Source: Patescibacteria group bacterium (GTDB taxonomy: Bacteria; Patescibacteriota; Kazan-3B-28). From it: 64,000 nt of DNA. The notes under the pieces are model-generated. The model was given only the letters and a program-made list of their open reading frames with translations. It searched no databases and had not been told where the DNA came from. The DNA lies in the NCBI GenBank assembly GCA_041649135.1, contig JBAZNQ010000001.1, forward strand, positions 163,037-227,036. The letters run 5' to 3'. Positions 63,007 through 64,000 of this stretch are shown in pieces. The translations under genes were made by a program, and so were the position numbers. The first letter of the stretch is position 1. Each line of letters opens with the position of its first letter.

Positions 63007-63501
63007 ATGAAACCTAAACCATTTGTCCGTAGTTTTTGGGGAATCGCCTTTATCCTCATCCTCACTCTGGTCTTATTGGGTGTAAAAAACTATCGCACAA
63101 ATTACTTCGGTTTTAATCTCGACCATTCAAATTTAGTTGGTACATTGATTGATAAAAAACAGGCTGGTACAGCCCATTTGATCACTAGTGACACCGAACT
63201 AGCCAAACTCTGCCATCTGACTAAAGATGCTCAAATCGATTGGCAAAATCAAGTCGTCTTCGCCTTTTTTGGGCTAACCAAATCCAGCGACCAACTTGAA
63301 TTAACCAGTCTCCGACGGCAAGGTGCTGATGTCAACCTCCATTACGCCGTTACTCCCCGATCTACTCCGACCACCAATTATCCAGTACTATTGACTGTCG
63401 TTGATCGCACTCGGTTAATCGCTTCCAGCACTCTGACTGTAAAATTTATCAATAACAATACCATTACCAATCTCTTCACCATCACCCCTGACCAAATCTA
63501 G
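63007..63501 (+). CDS. membrane-anchored hypothetical protein
   Basis: 164 aa, N-terminal TM. Confidence 0.7.
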   Translation: MKPKPFVRSFWGIAFILILTLVLLGVKNYRTNYFGFNLDHSNLVGTLIDKKQAGTAHLITSDTELAKLCHLTKDAQIDWQNQVVFAFFGLTKSSDQLELTSLRRQGADVNLHYAVTPRSTPTTNYPVLLTVVDRTRLIASSTLTVKFINNNTITNLFTITPDQI

Positions 63502-63554
63502 TTTCCTGTCCCCACTCTCCATTATTCATTCTTATTTCTTCACTCGTCATTCTT

Positions 63555-63630
63555 AATTCTTCTCTCTTCTCTCTTCTCTCTTCTCTCTTCTCTACTCTCT
63601 ATTCTCTATTCACTATTCACTATTCACTAT
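63555..63630 (+). repeat. degenerate heptamer tandem repeat (TTCTCTC grading to TTCACTA)
   Basis: Visible 7-mer periodicity directly before the next ATG. Confidence 0.8.
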
Positions 63631-63635
63631 CCCCC

Positions 63636-64000
63636 ATGGCCCTCGACATTTCCGTTAACACAATTTTTAAAATTCTCATCGTCCTACTGGGGCTTTGGTT
63701 TGTATTTGTAATTCGCGATATCATCGCCATCATTTTTGCTGCCCTCATTGTTACTGCCGCGCTTTCTCCTGTCGTTGATCGCATGGCCAAAAGCGGCATC
63801 CCTCGAGTACTCACCATTCTGGTTGCCTATTTACTACTAATTGGCCTGATTGGCGTTTTGGTCTATTTCATCTTACCGCCAGCTATCACCCAGCTCCGCC
63901 AACTAGCCGATCAACTCCCCAGTTACTTTAGCTACTTCCAAAATCTGGTGAACAACATCAGAGAGTTCGGTCTTGAGAACCATCTTATCACCGACTCTCA
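63636..64000 (+). CDS. AI-2E (PerM) family transporter, 5' part (runs off the window)
   Basis: Own translation: MALDISVNTIFKILIVLLGLWFVFVIRDIIAIIFAALIVTAALSPVVDRMAKSGIPR... Confidence 0.85.
   Translation, partial: MALDISVNTIFKILIVLLGLWFVFVIRDIIAIIFAALIVTAALSPVVDRMAKSGIPRVLTILVAYLLLIGLIGVLVYFILPPAITQLRQLADQLPSYFSYFQNLVNNIREFGLENHLITDS

Overview
This 64 kb window looks like a small-genome Patescibacteria (CPR) chromosome in the standard genetic code. That assignment is inferred from the gene repertoire: short AspRS with gatCAB, two VirD4/TraD-like ATPases, a pilin-like protein and a sigma-4/HTH fusion. Housekeeping genes include murA, nfo, aspS, der, pth, mfd, gatBAC, ligA, tdk, uvrC, uvrA, topA and dprA. 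There is also a MacAB-type ABC exporter with an adjacent OmpR-family two-component system. Main highlights: (1) A ~7.8 kb island (13868-21688) is integrated at the 3' end of tRNA-Glu(CTC). Its attachment core TTGGTAGC lies inside the large serine recombinase gene, so the integrated enzyme ends in a tRNA-derived tail while an alternative in-frame C-terminus sits at the opposite end of the island. The cargo is a GHKL/MORC-like ATPase operon, a terminase-small-subunit-like gene and a pseudoknotted RNA upstream of a small membrane protein. (2) Several promoter-to-terminator units lack credible ORFs but have strong stems: three tandem candidate ncRNAs between uvrA and uvrC (one ~570 nt) and one between pth and mfd. 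(3) A ~180 nt structured element occurs three times with compensatory base changes and stacked end-fragments. (4) Short palindromes are inserted in-frame in housekeeping genes, and 7-9-mer tandem repeats occur at many gene starts. All calls come from reading the sequence; no database searches were run.
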